DNA from: a virus
DNA length: 64,000 nucleotides
Strand: one strand, 5' to 3'
Virus record (IMG/VR): IMGVR_UViG_3300044977_000094
Location: 32,001-96,000 of that record
Each line of letters starts with the position of its first letter. The stretch's first letter is position 1. Under the pieces are notes generated by a model. The model saw only the letters and a list, made by a program, of their open reading frames with translations, did not search any database and was not told the DNA's origin. Of the stretch, positions 55,523-64,000 are shown piece by piece. Made by a program: the position numbers and the translations under genes.

Positions 55523-55819
55523 ATGACCACCACCGGCCAGCACCTGGACGGGCTCACCATCGCCTGCCAGCAACTCATCGAGACCGTCGGCGATCTACGC
55601 GTTCGCGGTCACATCAAGGAGCACCCGGAGTTCATCGAGCACGGCGCCAACCTGGTCGAGGTCATGCTCGTTGAGGTCCGTGAGGCGGTGGCTCGGGAGC
55701 GGGCCGCTATGGACTTCCCGCCGCTGCCCGACGGGGAAGCAGTACGGAGTCACCGGAGCCAGGTGGCCGGATTCGTGAAGCACCGCTGCAACTGCGGCTG
55801 GTGCCGGAACGAGTCCTGA
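55523..55819 (+). CDS. hypothetical protein
   Basis: AAGGAG RBS; HRCNCGWC. Confidence 0.6.
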   Translation: MTTTGQHLDGLTIACQQLIETVGDLRVRGHIKEHPEFIEHGANLVEVMLVEVREAVARERAAMDFPPLPDGEAVRSHRSQVAGFVKHRCNCGWCRNES

Positions 55820-55894
55820 CAGCCCCCTGCTGGTCGGCTCGATCTCGTCAACCCCAGCACGACCACCCCGCACGCCCCTCTGATCGGAGTCCCC

Positions 55895-56074
55895 GTGTCC
55901 TACGCCTTGTTCGCCATCGCCGCGCTGAATGTGTTCGGCATCTACCGCTCCATCGCCAGTGTCGGCGCGCCCCGCCAGCCGACTACCGGCAGCACTGCCG
56001 CCATGGCCGCTCTTGTCACCGCCGGGATCATCACCGTCCAGATCCTCGCCGGGCTGGCCCTGCTCCACCGCTGA
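55895..56074 (+). CDS. small 2-TM protein (absent from the ORF track)
   Basis: GGAG RBS; hydrophobic. Confidence 0.55.
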   Translation: MSYALFAIAALNVFGIYRSIASVGAPRQPTTGSTAAMAALVTAGIITVQILAGLALLHR

Positions 56075-56118
56075 CCCGCCTGCCTGAACCCGCCTACCGA
56101 CCGAAGGAGCAGCGCCCC

Positions 56119-56502
56119 ATGGGCTACGAGTCCCACTTCACCGGCCACATCACCATCACCCCGCCCCTCACCTGGGCCGAGATCAAGCGCGGCCCCGGCC
56201 TCCAGGACGTGCGACTGGAGCTGGACGAGAAGGTCACCGAGAACGAGTCCGGCCAGACTCGGATCATCACCGCCGTCGCCGTGCTGCCGCTCACCGGCGG
56301 CGCGTTCAACGGCTACGACATCGCCGAGGAGCTACAGGCCCTGGTCGACGCCCACCGGGCGCACGAGTTCACCGGTGAGATCGCCGCACGGCCCCTCGAC
56401 CCGGGCGGGGAACCCTGGCGGTGGATCATCCGCGACCGGCGGGTCGTGCGGCAGGTTCCGCGACTGGAATGGGTCGATGAGACGCCGGGGGCTGACCAGT
56501 GA
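56119..56502 (+). CDS. phage hypothetical protein
   Basis: MGY..FTG.I.ITPPLTW. Confidence 0.7.
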   Translation: MGYESHFTGHITITPPLTWAEIKRGPGLQDVRLELDEKVTENESGQTRIITAVAVLPLTGGAFNGYDIAEELQALVDAHRAHEFTGEIAARPLDPGGEPWRWIIRDRRVVRQVPRLEWVDETPGADQ

Positions 56503-56918
56503 TCCGCGATACCCGGTTCCTGATCTCCCGCAAGCCCTACGCCGTCGACCTCACCACGTTCCGGGGCGCCGAGGTGAAGGAACGCCACTGGGCAGTCGGC
56601 ACCCGCTACCACGTGTCCGCCTACATCGACGCCGTCTGGTACCGCCGCAAGGCCGGCCGGACACGGGCCTGCATCGGTGCGCTCGGGCTCTGGAGCCAGA
56701 ACCTGAAGCAGCCCGTCGATCCGCTCGACCCTCTAGCGGTCCTGTCGGCCGACCTGGACAGCCGCTACGGGGGCGACTGCCACGGCCGCTGGGACGGCAC
56801 CGGCTACTGGGGCGCTGAACAGCCCGACGTCGCCGCCGAGCACCTGGAGCTGCTGCGGCCGATGCTCGCCAACTACCCGGCCATCCCCGATGGGTTCGAC
56901 GGCTGGTACCACTTCTGA
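56499..56918 (+). CDS. hypothetical protein
   Basis: Coupled; codon bias. Confidence 0.65.
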   Translation: MIRDTRFLISRKPYAVDLTTFRGAEVKERHWAVGTRYHVSAYIDAVWYRRKAGRTRACIGALGLWSQNLKQPVDPLDPLAVLSADLDSRYGGDCHGRWDGTGYWGAEQPDVAAEHLELLRPMLANYPAIPDGFDGWYHF

Positions 56919-56935
56919 CCCGAAGGAGCAGCCCC

Positions 56936-57217
56936 ATGCCCGAGTCGCGCCCGCTGCTTTGCACCCGATGCGGCCACCCGGTGGCCGTTGCCGAGGACGT
57001 GCACGCGTACCTCGACTGGGGCACGGCCGTCATCGACGCCGACGGCGTTGTACGCCCAGCGGTGAAGTCCTTCGAGTTCTTCACCGCCGACCCTTTCCAG
57101 GCCCGCGCTGTCTGCCAGAACGCCGACTGCCGCTACCAGTGGAAGCTCCGCCGCAAGTTCGACCCCGAGCGCGGTGAGGATGCGGCCCCCGAGTCGATGG
57201 GGCGCACGCACTTCTGA
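56936..57217 (+). CDS. Zn-ribbon protein
   Basis: CTRC...CQNADC. Confidence 0.65.
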   Translation: MPESRPLLCTRCGHPVAVAEDVHAYLDWGTAVIDADGVVRPAVKSFEFFTADPFQARAVCQNADCRYQWKLRRKFDPERGEDAAPESMGRTHF

Positions 57218-57268
57218 CCGCCACCCGCCCCGCTCGATCCCGCGCCAACCAACACGAAGGAGCAGCAC

Positions 57269-57760
57269 GTGCCCTCCGACCTGATCCGCTTCCCCGACCT
57301 CGCCCACTACCGCGACACCGGCGAGGGCGGCGTGTTCGTGCTGCTCGCCGTGCCCGAGCCCAGCGGCTACAGCCACGGCTGCCACGTGGATGTCAGCATC
57401 AACCTGTCCGCGCCGGACGCGTGCCTGAACAGCGACCTGCGCAACGCCGTGTGGCAGCCGTTCGACTACCACAAGTCCGGGTACAAAAAGGCGTTCCAGG
57501 CGAAGGACGCCCTTGACGCCGCCGGGCAGCCCGAACTAGGCGCCTGGGCGTTGCAGACCACCAGCCCCGACGACTGGTCCGCCAATCTGCTTGCCGCGGT
57601 CCACCTCGGCAGTAGCCCGCACAGCCTGTGGTCCGAGCAGCAGGGCGCCTACTGGACCGCGACGGTGGACGACCTGACCGACGCCGGCCTGGCACTGCAC
57701 GACGGGCTACGGGCTGCGTTTGGGGTCGAGCCTGTGCTGATCACCTGCCTGGACACCTGA
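57269..57760 (+). CDS. hypothetical protein
   Basis: AAGGAG RBS. Confidence 0.65.
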   Translation: MPSDLIRFPDLAHYRDTGEGGVFVLLAVPEPSGYSHGCHVDVSINLSAPDACLNSDLRNAVWQPFDYHKSGYKKAFQAKDALDAAGQPELGAWALQTTSPDDWSANLLAAVHLGSSPHSLWSEQQGAYWTATVDDLTDAGLALHDGLRAAFGVEPVLITCLDT

Positions 57761-57815
57761 TCCTCTGCCGCCTGGTTGCTGTGGCCGGGCGGCCCCAACC
57801 CCCGAAGGAGCGTTG

Positions 57816-57989
57816 ATGTATCTGCCCGGTTGTGACTGCGGTGCCTGCTGCGACGACTCGACCTGCTGCGTCCACGGCGAGTTCTGCGACCTTCGGCAGG
57901 GAGCGGTGGACATCGACCTTGCTGGGGTGTGCGCGGATTGTGGGGCTGCGGTGGGTGAGGTGTGTGGGGTCGGGTGTCCGGCGGCCTGA
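57816..57989 (+). CDS. 57-aa Cys-rich peptide (absent from the ORF track)
   Basis: AAGGAG RBS; 11 Cys. Confidence 0.6.
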   Translation: MYLPGCDCGACCDDSTCCVHGEFCDLRQGAVDIDLAGVCADCGAAVGEVCGVGCPAA

Positions 57990-58089
57990 TCGGCGTGGTG
58001 CAGGTCACGCCTTGGCTGCCCAGCGGTGGGCAGCCTCCGTCCCGTCCCGGCGCCAGTCTGGATTCACCGCCAACCCCGAGGAGTCCACC

Positions 58090-58536
58090 ATGATCAACGC
58101 TGTTCGTTTCGCCGCCGCCTACGCCGCCCTGACCGCCAGTCACCACCTCGGGGACATGTGGGTGCAGCGGGACGCCGACGCCCTGGACAAGGGCAAGCCC
58201 GGCTGGGAGGGGCACGCCGCGTGCCTCCGCCACGTCGGCTCGTATACCGCGACGCAGGCCCTGGCACTGTGGGCCGCGGACCGGTACCTCGGCCTCGGCC
58301 TCAACCCCCACCGGGCCGCCGCCGCGCTCGCCGTCTCGGCCGTCACCCACTACTACGCCGACCGGTCCGGTGGGCACTGGCAGGACCCGGAGCCGGCCGG
58401 GCTCGTCGCGGTCGCGCACCGGCTCGGCAAGCAGGGCTGGCTGAAGGCTGACCCGCGGGCCGGGTTCGAGCTGGATCAGGCGTGGCACCTGGGGTGGATC
58501 GGGATCGCCGCAGCGGTCGCCGCTGGGCGCAGCTGA
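58090..58536 (+). CDS. DUF3307-like membrane protein
   Basis: HHLGD.WVQ, THYYADR, LDQAWH. Confidence 0.75.
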   Translation: MINAVRFAAAYAALTASHHLGDMWVQRDADALDKGKPGWEGHAACLRHVGSYTATQALALWAADRYLGLGLNPHRAAAALAVSAVTHYYADRSGGHWQDPEPAGLVAVAHRLGKQGWLKADPRAGFELDQAWHLGWIGIAAAVAAGRS

Positions 58537-58560
58537 CCAACCACCAACTGAAGGAGCAGC

Positions 58561-58752
58561 ATGAGCAGCACCGACGACTGGATGCGTTCCGTCTTCGACC
58601 CGAAGCAGATCAAGGCCGACATCACTGCCGACGCCAAGACCGCAAGAGAGTTCCAGGAGCGCGGCAACATCCGCGACTACGAGCGCTACCACCGAGATAT
58701 CAACCGGGCGTTGGACCTCCTGGCCAGGTTCCCCCAGGAGGGATCAGCATGA
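58561..58752 (+). CDS. hypothetical protein
   Basis: AAGGAG RBS. Confidence 0.6.
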   Translation: MSSTDDWMRSVFDPKQIKADITADAKTAREFQERGNIRDYERYHRDINRALDLLARFPQEGSA

Positions 58753-59066
58753 CCGAGCGCACTCCCATCGAGATCCTGGCTGCTGCGGCTCGCCTGCTGC
58801 GGGCCAACGCGACCGCCCCTCGGGTCGAAGGGTCGCCCGGCCTGCTGCGGCAGGACGAGGACTGTGCGCGCGACAACTGCCCCTGCAACGAGCCGATGAT
58901 GCGCCCCGGCCTCGGGCTAGCGGTAGCGGACTGGCTGGAGGTCGTCGTGGGTGAGATGCGGATATGGGGGGCCGACCCGGATTGCGCGAGCTGGAACGCC
59001 GCGCTCGTGACGGCACGCCGGACCCTCGGGGACGAGGCGGATGTTGAGCGTGAACATGGCGTCTGA
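58749..59066 (+). CDS. hypothetical protein
   Basis: AAARLLR...PGLGLAVADWLE. Confidence 0.6.
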   Translation: MTERTPIEILAAAARLLRANATAPRVEGSPGLLRQDEDCARDNCPCNEPMMRPGLGLAVADWLEVVVGEMRIWGADPDCASWNAALVTARRTLGDEADVEREHGV

Positions 59067-59162
59067 CCTGCGCAAAGTCTCCACCCATCCTTAAGCACAA
59101 ACCCTGTCGAACCCCCGCAATCGTGAGATAATTGGCGTCAACTCCCAACGAAGGCAACCCAC

Positions 59163-59609
59163 ATGAGCCCGACCGACGCTCTCGTCCAGCATGTCCGAAT
59201 GGCCGTCGCCCTGGGGCTCTCCGACCGGCACCAGGAAGCCTGGGCGGAGATCGAGACCGCTGTCGCCCCTGATCCGCTGGCCATGTACGCCACCATCTCT
59301 GCCCTTGCTGAAGTCGCCGTCGCCGACCACGCCGATCGGGACTCTGGCGGGGTGTTCGGCCTGACTGTGCAGTACCAGGGCCGTGAGGCCGACATCAACG
59401 GGGCCCCGGCGGCACAGCGGCTCGCGATGCAGTTCATGGCCGCACAGGCCAACCGGGACCTCGACATGACCCGGGCCCTGTTCGTGGCCGCGATGAACAC
59501 GGACCCCGCTTCGGTAGCCGGCGCGACTCTGATCGTCTACGAGGCCGCGCTGAAGACCAGCCGCGAGCGCATCAACCGGGGCAAGGAGGTTCCCGGTGCT
59601 GACGCCTGA
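59163..59609 (+). CDS. hypothetical protein
   Basis: ORF after a relatively AT-rich spacer. Confidence 0.6.
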   Translation: MSPTDALVQHVRMAVALGLSDRHQEAWAEIETAVAPDPLAMYATISALAEVAVADHADRDSGGVFGLTVQYQGREADINGAPAAQRLAMQFMAAQANRDLDMTRALFVAAMNTDPASVAGATLIVYEAALKTSRERINRGKEVPGADA

Positions 59610-59982
59610 CGCCGAGCTGGATCGGCTCCGCACTGAGAACGCCCTCCTCCGCACCCAACTCACTGCCCAGGCCGTCATCCCCGAGCTCCCGGCCGAGTAC
59701 GACGGCGAGGCGATCACCTGGCGGCCTTGGGAAGCGGCACCGGTCATCAACTGCTACCGGCATGCCGACTTCAACACCTGCACTCAGTGCGGCCATCCCG
59801 GGCCCTCCGTGATGGCATTCGGGTACGCGGGTCCGAAGAAGCCGCTGCTGAAGTACCAGGCTCACCGCTGCCCGTCGTGCCAGGAGACCACGGTGTACCG
59901 GCGCGACCGTGATTGGCGTGGCCTTGACCTCGTGCAGATCGCCTACCACCCGCCGCGCACCACCGCCCTCACTATCACCTGA
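59596..59982 (+). CDS. Zn-ribbon protein
   Basis: CTQC, CPSC. Confidence 0.6.
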   Translation: MLTPDAELDRLRTENALLRTQLTAQAVIPELPAEYDGEAITWRPWEAAPVINCYRHADFNTCTQCGHPGPSVMAFGYAGPKKPLLKYQAHRCPSCQETTVYRRDRDWRGLDLVQIAYHPPRTTALTIT

Positions 59983-59994
59983 CCTGGAGTCCTG

Positions 59995-60159
59995 ATGCCC
60001 GTCACCGACCCCCGCCCCACCCCGCCGGCGTGCCCGCGTGTCCCGCTCGCCCAAGCAGCCCGCGCCGCCGAGACCGCTGCGCCGTCGGTCCTGGACCGGA
60101 TCCTGGCCCCGGGCGACAAGCAGCGGGTTGAGGTTGCAGCGTTCCAGTCGTCCATCTGA
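59995..60159 (+). CDS. FxSxx-COOH RiPP precursor-like peptide (absent from the ORF track)
   Basis: MPVTDPRPTPPACPRVPLAQAARAAETAAPSVLDRILAPGDKQRVEVAAFQSSI*; GGAG RBS. Confidence 0.75.
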   Translation: MPVTDPRPTPPACPRVPLAQAARAAETAAPSVLDRILAPGDKQRVEVAAFQSSI

Positions 60160-60184
60160 CCGCCAGCTCTCACCGGAGTCCCGA

Positions 60185-60781
60185 ATGACCGCGATCTTCT
60201 ACGACACCGAGTTCATCGACACCGGCACCACCATCGACCTGATCTCCATCGGCATGGTCACCGAGAACGGCGACGAGTACTACGCCATCATCGACGACCA
60301 CGAGGTGATCACCCGGGCGATGCGCCACGACTGGCTGCGGAAGAACGTCGTGCCGTCGCTGCCGATCACCGATGCCCACCAAGACACGGAAACGACCGTG
60401 TGGTTCGCCTGCCCGACACCGGAAGCCGCACCTGCCAACTGCTGGTTCTGGAACGAGGACCATCCGGACTACCGGCATGTGAAGCCCCGCGAGCAGATCG
60501 CCAAGGAGGTCCGGCAGTTCATCGCCGCAGCCCCGGACCCGCACCTGTGGGCCTGGTATGCCGCGTACGATCACGTCGCCCTGGCCCAACTGTTCGGCAC
60601 GATGATGCAGCTGCCTGTCGGTATCCCGATGTGGACAGCGGATCTGCGGCAGGAAGTCGAGCGGCTGGGCAACCCGCAGTTGCCGGAGCAGCCTGCGGGC
60701 GAGCACAACGCACTGGAGGATGCGAGGCACAACCTCGTCCGGTGGGCGCACCTGAAGTACTTCGAGGTGCCTGGTGTCTGA
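60185..60781 (+). CDS. DEDD 3'-5' exoribonuclease, RNase AS/Rv2179c-like
   Basis: FYDTEF, LISIGMV, WAWYAAYDHV, HNALEDARHN. Confidence 0.88.
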   Translation: MTAIFYDTEFIDTGTTIDLISIGMVTENGDEYYAIIDDHEVITRAMRHDWLRKNVVPSLPITDAHQDTETTVWFACPTPEAAPANCWFWNEDHPDYRHVKPREQIAKEVRQFIAAAPDPHLWAWYAAYDHVALAQLFGTMMQLPVGIPMWTADLRQEVERLGNPQLPEQPAGEHNALEDARHNLVRWAHLKYFEVPGV

Positions 60782-61016
60782 TTCCCCGGCGGTTGTGCTG
60801 CGGCAGGCAGCAGCACGACTGGATGAGCGCACCCGTCACCGCTGGTGGGTCGAGCGCTGGGAGGACAGCGACGGCTGGGCACCATGCAGCAGCCCCTCCA
60901 CCAGCAGGGAGGAAGCCGAGACGAAGCAGGCCGGGCTCGCCCGAAAGTATCCGGCGATGCACACCCGGATCACCCGCGAGACCACCACCTGGAGCCTGGA
61001 GGACAGCGATGCCTGA
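60774..61016 (+). CDS. hypothetical protein
   Basis: Coupled chain. Confidence 0.55.
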   Translation: MSDSPAVVLRQAAARLDERTRHRWWVERWEDSDGWAPCSSPSTSREEAETKQAGLARKYPAMHTRITRETTTWSLEDSDA

Positions 61017-61512
61017 CGCCTGCGCCCACCCCGACACCGCAGCCCTGGCGTCGAGTTACACGCCGAGCGCCTGGGGTCCTCCGGGTGATCCGCTGCGCCA
61101 GCCGGCGCTGCTCCTGTGCCTGACCGAGGCGGTACCTGACGGCGTGCTGATCGAGATCGGTTACGCCCGGTACGCGGAGACCGCTCGCGTCAAGGAGTGC
61201 ATGGGGAACCGAGCCCCGTACGTGGCCCGACTGTACGAGCCGCTGAGTCGCCCATACCCGGCCGGGGCGCCAATCACGGTGCGGTCGGCCGTCGAGATGT
61301 TCGAGGACGGCATGCCCGGCATCGGCACCACCTCATACACACTCTCCGAGATGGCCAGCAAGGTCGAAGTCGCCCTGCGCACGGTCCCGGTCCGCCTCGG
61401 CCCGAACGCACTGGCCATCCTGCGCGAGGACGGCACGGTTCCGCTGTCCGGTGGGGAGTACGCGGCAATGGCGCTCGCAGTGGCAACGATGCTGGCCGGG
61501 GAGGAGCTGTGA
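61009..61512 (+). CDS. hypothetical protein
   Basis: GGAGG RBS. Confidence 0.55.
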   Translation: MPDACAHPDTAALASSYTPSAWGPPGDPLRQPALLLCLTEAVPDGVLIEIGYARYAETARVKECMGNRAPYVARLYEPLSRPYPAGAPITVRSAVEMFEDGMPGIGTTSYTLSEMASKVEVALRTVPVRLGPNALAILREDGTVPLSGGEYAAMALAVATMLAGEEL

Positions 61513-61659
61513 CGGGCTGCTGTGCAGAGTGCGGGCAGCGCATCACCTGGTGGCAGTGGCGTCGCGGCCGGACCGCATCCTCCGGACCTGCCGGGCACAC
61601 GCGCCGGACGGCCACCTGGATCGTGCACCTGCACTGCTTGAGGAAGAAGAGGAGGCAGC

Positions 61660-62118
61660 ATGCCTGAGTCCCCGGAGATCGCCGCGCTGGCCAAGCAGGT
61701 CCGCGACGGGCTGGAGGCCGACGAACAGGCGACGCGTGCCGTGGTCGGCATCAACGCCTTGGCCCGACTGAGGCGCGGGATGCCCATTCCGCGATGGATT
61801 GCCAGCCCCGGCGGCGCGGGCATCGACGACACCGAAGGCATTCCGCGCGTCAAGTTCACTTGGGTGCGGGAGCGGGAGCACATCCTGCGCCACGATCCGC
61901 ACCGTGTCCTGGCTGATGTGGCGGCGCGGCGGACCCTGCTGGACAAGGCGCTCGGGTGGAAGCACGGCTATGCCACCAAGACCACCCAGGGGGCGATCTA
62001 CTGTGCCGTCATCGACTCGCCCGACTCAGGCTACGACTGCGACTGCGGCCGTGACGAGCGTGTCCGGGCCGTGCTGACCGCGCTCGCCACGCCATACCAG
62101 GAGGCCGATCGTGGCTGA
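61660..62118 (+). CDS. DUF6221-like protein
   Basis: HILRHDPHRVLADVAARR...LATPY. Confidence 0.7.
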   Translation: MPESPEIAALAKQVRDGLEADEQATRAVVGINALARLRRGMPIPRWIASPGGAGIDDTEGIPRVKFTWVREREHILRHDPHRVLADVAARRTLLDKALGWKHGYATKTTQGAIYCAVIDSPDSGYDCDCGRDERVRAVLTALATPYQEADRG

Positions 62119-62440
62119 CCCGCTTGAAGACTTCCGCCTCTGGCTGCCCGGCTACGGCGCCACTGACACCCGGGCCCGGTTCAACTACGTCAGCGAGGGC
62201 GGCAACAGCATCAACCTGCTACTCCGCGACATCCAACTCAGCATCATCCGCGACGGCACCGGCGACTGGCAGGCGACCTACACGGAACCCACCCAGCCCG
62301 AGCTGACCTGGACGGCGCGCTCCGACTCGTCATCCGGTGCTGTCCTCACCCTGATCGCCCGCAGGTGCGGGCTCGGCGGGGAAATCCGGGGCGACCGGCC
62401 GAGCGAGGAGGCCGCCGCGCCCTACCAGGAGGAAGCATGA
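62111..62440 (+). CDS. hypothetical protein
   Basis: AGGAGG RBS. Confidence 0.55.
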   Translation: MADPLEDFRLWLPGYGATDTRARFNYVSEGGNSINLLLRDIQLSIIRDGTGDWQATYTEPTQPELTWTARSDSSSGAVLTLIARRCGLGGEIRGDRPSEEAAAPYQEEA

Positions 62441-62634
62441 CCGAGTTCGAGGACCTGCAAGCCCACTTGGACGGCCACATCAACGGCCGACTCGTCAGCC
62501 AAGCAGACCGTGACGCGGCAGCGATGCGGCTCGACCGGCGATCGGTAGCCCGAAGCCAGATGTCCCGCGAGGCATTCCGGCAGACCTGGGGCGTCAGCCC
62601 AGAAGACGTCCCAATCCCGGAGGAGCACTCGTGA
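62438..62634 (+). CDS. hypothetical protein
   Basis: MTEFEDL...; GGAGG RBS; start approximate. Confidence 0.5.
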
Positions 62635-62945
62635 GCCACGTCACCGACCTCGTGTTCATCACCCCCAATGCCGACTGGGTCGACTGCGAGAGCCGCTGCC
62701 TGCGGTTCGAGGCCAGCTTCCTTGCAGCCCATGGCCACGAGATCGTCGCGACCCAGGGTCAGGGGAAGGTCATGTCCACGGCGGTGTACGTCGCCGGCGT
62801 GAACTGGATCAACCAGGAGTGGATCGAGTCCGTCCTGGCCGACGACTGGCCCGAGGGCACCGTGCTGTGGCTCGACATCGAGGGCCTGATGGACCAGCCC
62901 AACGAGCGTGTCGTGCACCTGCTCGGCCCGAAGGGCCTGCGGTGA
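62631..62945 (+). CDS. hypothetical protein
   Basis: GGAGGAG RBS. Confidence 0.6.
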   Translation: MSHVTDLVFITPNADWVDCESRCLRFEASFLAAHGHEIVATQGQGKVMSTAVYVAGVNWINQEWIESVLADDWPEGTVLWLDIEGLMDQPNERVVHLLGPKGLR

Positions 62946-63090
62946 CCCACCGCCCGACCCTGTACCGCACTGGCCGTCCCGGCTGCTGGGCGTCGTGCTG
63001 CTGCGGCTGGACGGCCCAGTGGCGCTGGACCAGCGTCGTGGGGGCACACCTGGAATTCGGCGAGCACCTGATCGGGAAAGAGAGACTGAC

Positions 63091-63258
63091 GTGACCGATG
63101 ACGAGACCGCCTTCCGCGCGTGCATGGAGCTCGACTTCAAGGACTGCGACCCGGTCGCGACCTGCCACTGCGGAGCGCGCTGCTTCGGCGACTCGATCAA
63201 CGACGCGCTGATCGCCTGGGGCAAGCACCTCACCACCGCCCACCGGGGGGAATGGTGA
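63091..63258 (+). CDS. small Cys/His protein
   Basis: CHCG...WGKH; coupled. Confidence 0.45.
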   Translation: MTDDETAFRACMELDFKDCDPVATCHCGARCFGDSINDALIAWGKHLTTAHRGEW

Positions 63259-63806
63259 CCGACTTCCCCTTGATCCCGCGTACTCCGGCGTCCAAGCTCC
63301 GCTACATCCTGGAGCAGCTCGCGGGCGTGCACGCGCAGGACTCCGCTGGGCAGACCCGGCTGATCGGCGCGCAGATGGTGCTGGAGCAGCTGGCGGAGGA
63401 ACTGGAGGCCGCGCCCGAGTTCCCGCTGCCGATCCACCCGGACGGCACCCACCACTACGTCAGCACCAGCTGCGCCTGCGTCGGCGACAACCTCATGGCC
63501 GACCGCCGGACCGGCCACGAGTACTGCCAGGGCATGACCGGCTACCAAGGAGCCAAGCGCGGCGGGCGCGCGAAATGCTGCGGGGCACCGTGCCAATGCG
63601 CCTGCCACCAGGACGATACGCCGGCTGGTGTTGCCGGGGCCGCAGCGGGCGCAGAGCAGCAGGGAGCTCCCTGGGTCGTGAACCACTGCTTCGAGGGCGA
63701 GCCGGGCAGCCCCTGCACGGCGGGCCTTGCGGGGACGGTCTGCGGCGAGCCGGACGAGCGGCATGCTCTGGTCGAGGACGAGACGGCAGGCGGTGAGCAC
63801 CGATGA
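63255..63806 (+). CDS. Cys/His-rich hypothetical protein
   Basis: HHYVSTSC, HEYCQ, KCCGAPCQCACH. Confidence 0.6.
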   Translation: MTDFPLIPRTPASKLRYILEQLAGVHAQDSAGQTRLIGAQMVLEQLAEELEAAPEFPLPIHPDGTHHYVSTSCACVGDNLMADRRTGHEYCQGMTGYQGAKRGGRAKCCGAPCQCACHQDDTPAGVAGAAAGAEQQGAPWVVNHCFEGEPGSPCTAGLAGTVCGEPDERHALVEDETAGGEHR

Positions 63807-64000
63807 CCCCGACAACCCGCTACCTGTGCCCGCTGGAGCACTGTGGATGGCACTACGACCAGAGAATGCCGGACTTCAGCGCCACGTCCGGCGGGACTAC
63901 AGAGGAGATCGTCCAGACCGTCCTGAAGCAGCAGTACGCTGCCGACGAGGTCTTCATCCGGGAGCACCTGGAGACGCACGCCCTGCTGGAGTGGGTAACA
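63803..64000 (+). CDS. partial hypothetical protein
   Basis: MTPTTRYLCPLEHCGWH...; runs off the right edge. Confidence 0.55.
   Translation, partial: MTPTTRYLCPLEHCGWHYDQRMPDFSATSGGTTEEIVQTVLKQQYAADEVFIREHLETHALLEWVT

Larger units (their letters stand above)
52696..64000 (+). mobile_element. phage early/replication arm (continues past the window)
   Basis: Xis/Cro-Rep-DnaB followed by densely coupled small genes. Confidence 0.85.

Noticed and set aside
1-64000. Integrase, att sites or parAB
   Set aside because: None recognised, so integrated versus plasmid state cannot be decided from this window

Overview
High-GC actinobacterial (Streptomycetaceae-like) DNA, almost all from one large temperate siphovirus-type element. 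No integrase, att site or parAB is visible, so the element probably extends beyond the window. The minus-strand arm (about 2.6-48.7 kb) carries an extended lysis cassette, tail genes with a -1 frameshift chaperone, head and packaging genes, a fibre-like polysaccharide deacetylase, a DUF2829/Tad2-like gene, a Ro60/TROVE gene preceded by three tandem Y RNAs, and a Streptomyces-plasmid-type transfer module (FtsK/TraB and a DUF2637/SpdA-like gene). Its probable GntR regulator and thyX lie in a mixed-orientation block at about 48.9-52.6 kb. The plus-strand arm (52.7-64 kb) carries a Cro/Xis-like HTH, a replication initiator with internal iterons, DnaB, an RNase AS-like exonuclease and many small early genes. 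An XRE/DUF397 cassette sits at the left end. The most notable observations are: (1) the three-Y-RNA/Ro60 operon, in which one RNA is a complete circularly permuted tRNA with an anticodon arm; (2) an orphan FxSxx-COOH RiPP-precursor-like peptide, too short for the ORF track; (3) a phage/conjugative-element hybrid with a phased palindrome array inside the DUF2637 gene; (4) PLD, VIT1-like, Fet4/DUF1003-like and C1-peptidase genes inside the lysis cassette. Family calls come from motif recognition by eye, not from database searches.
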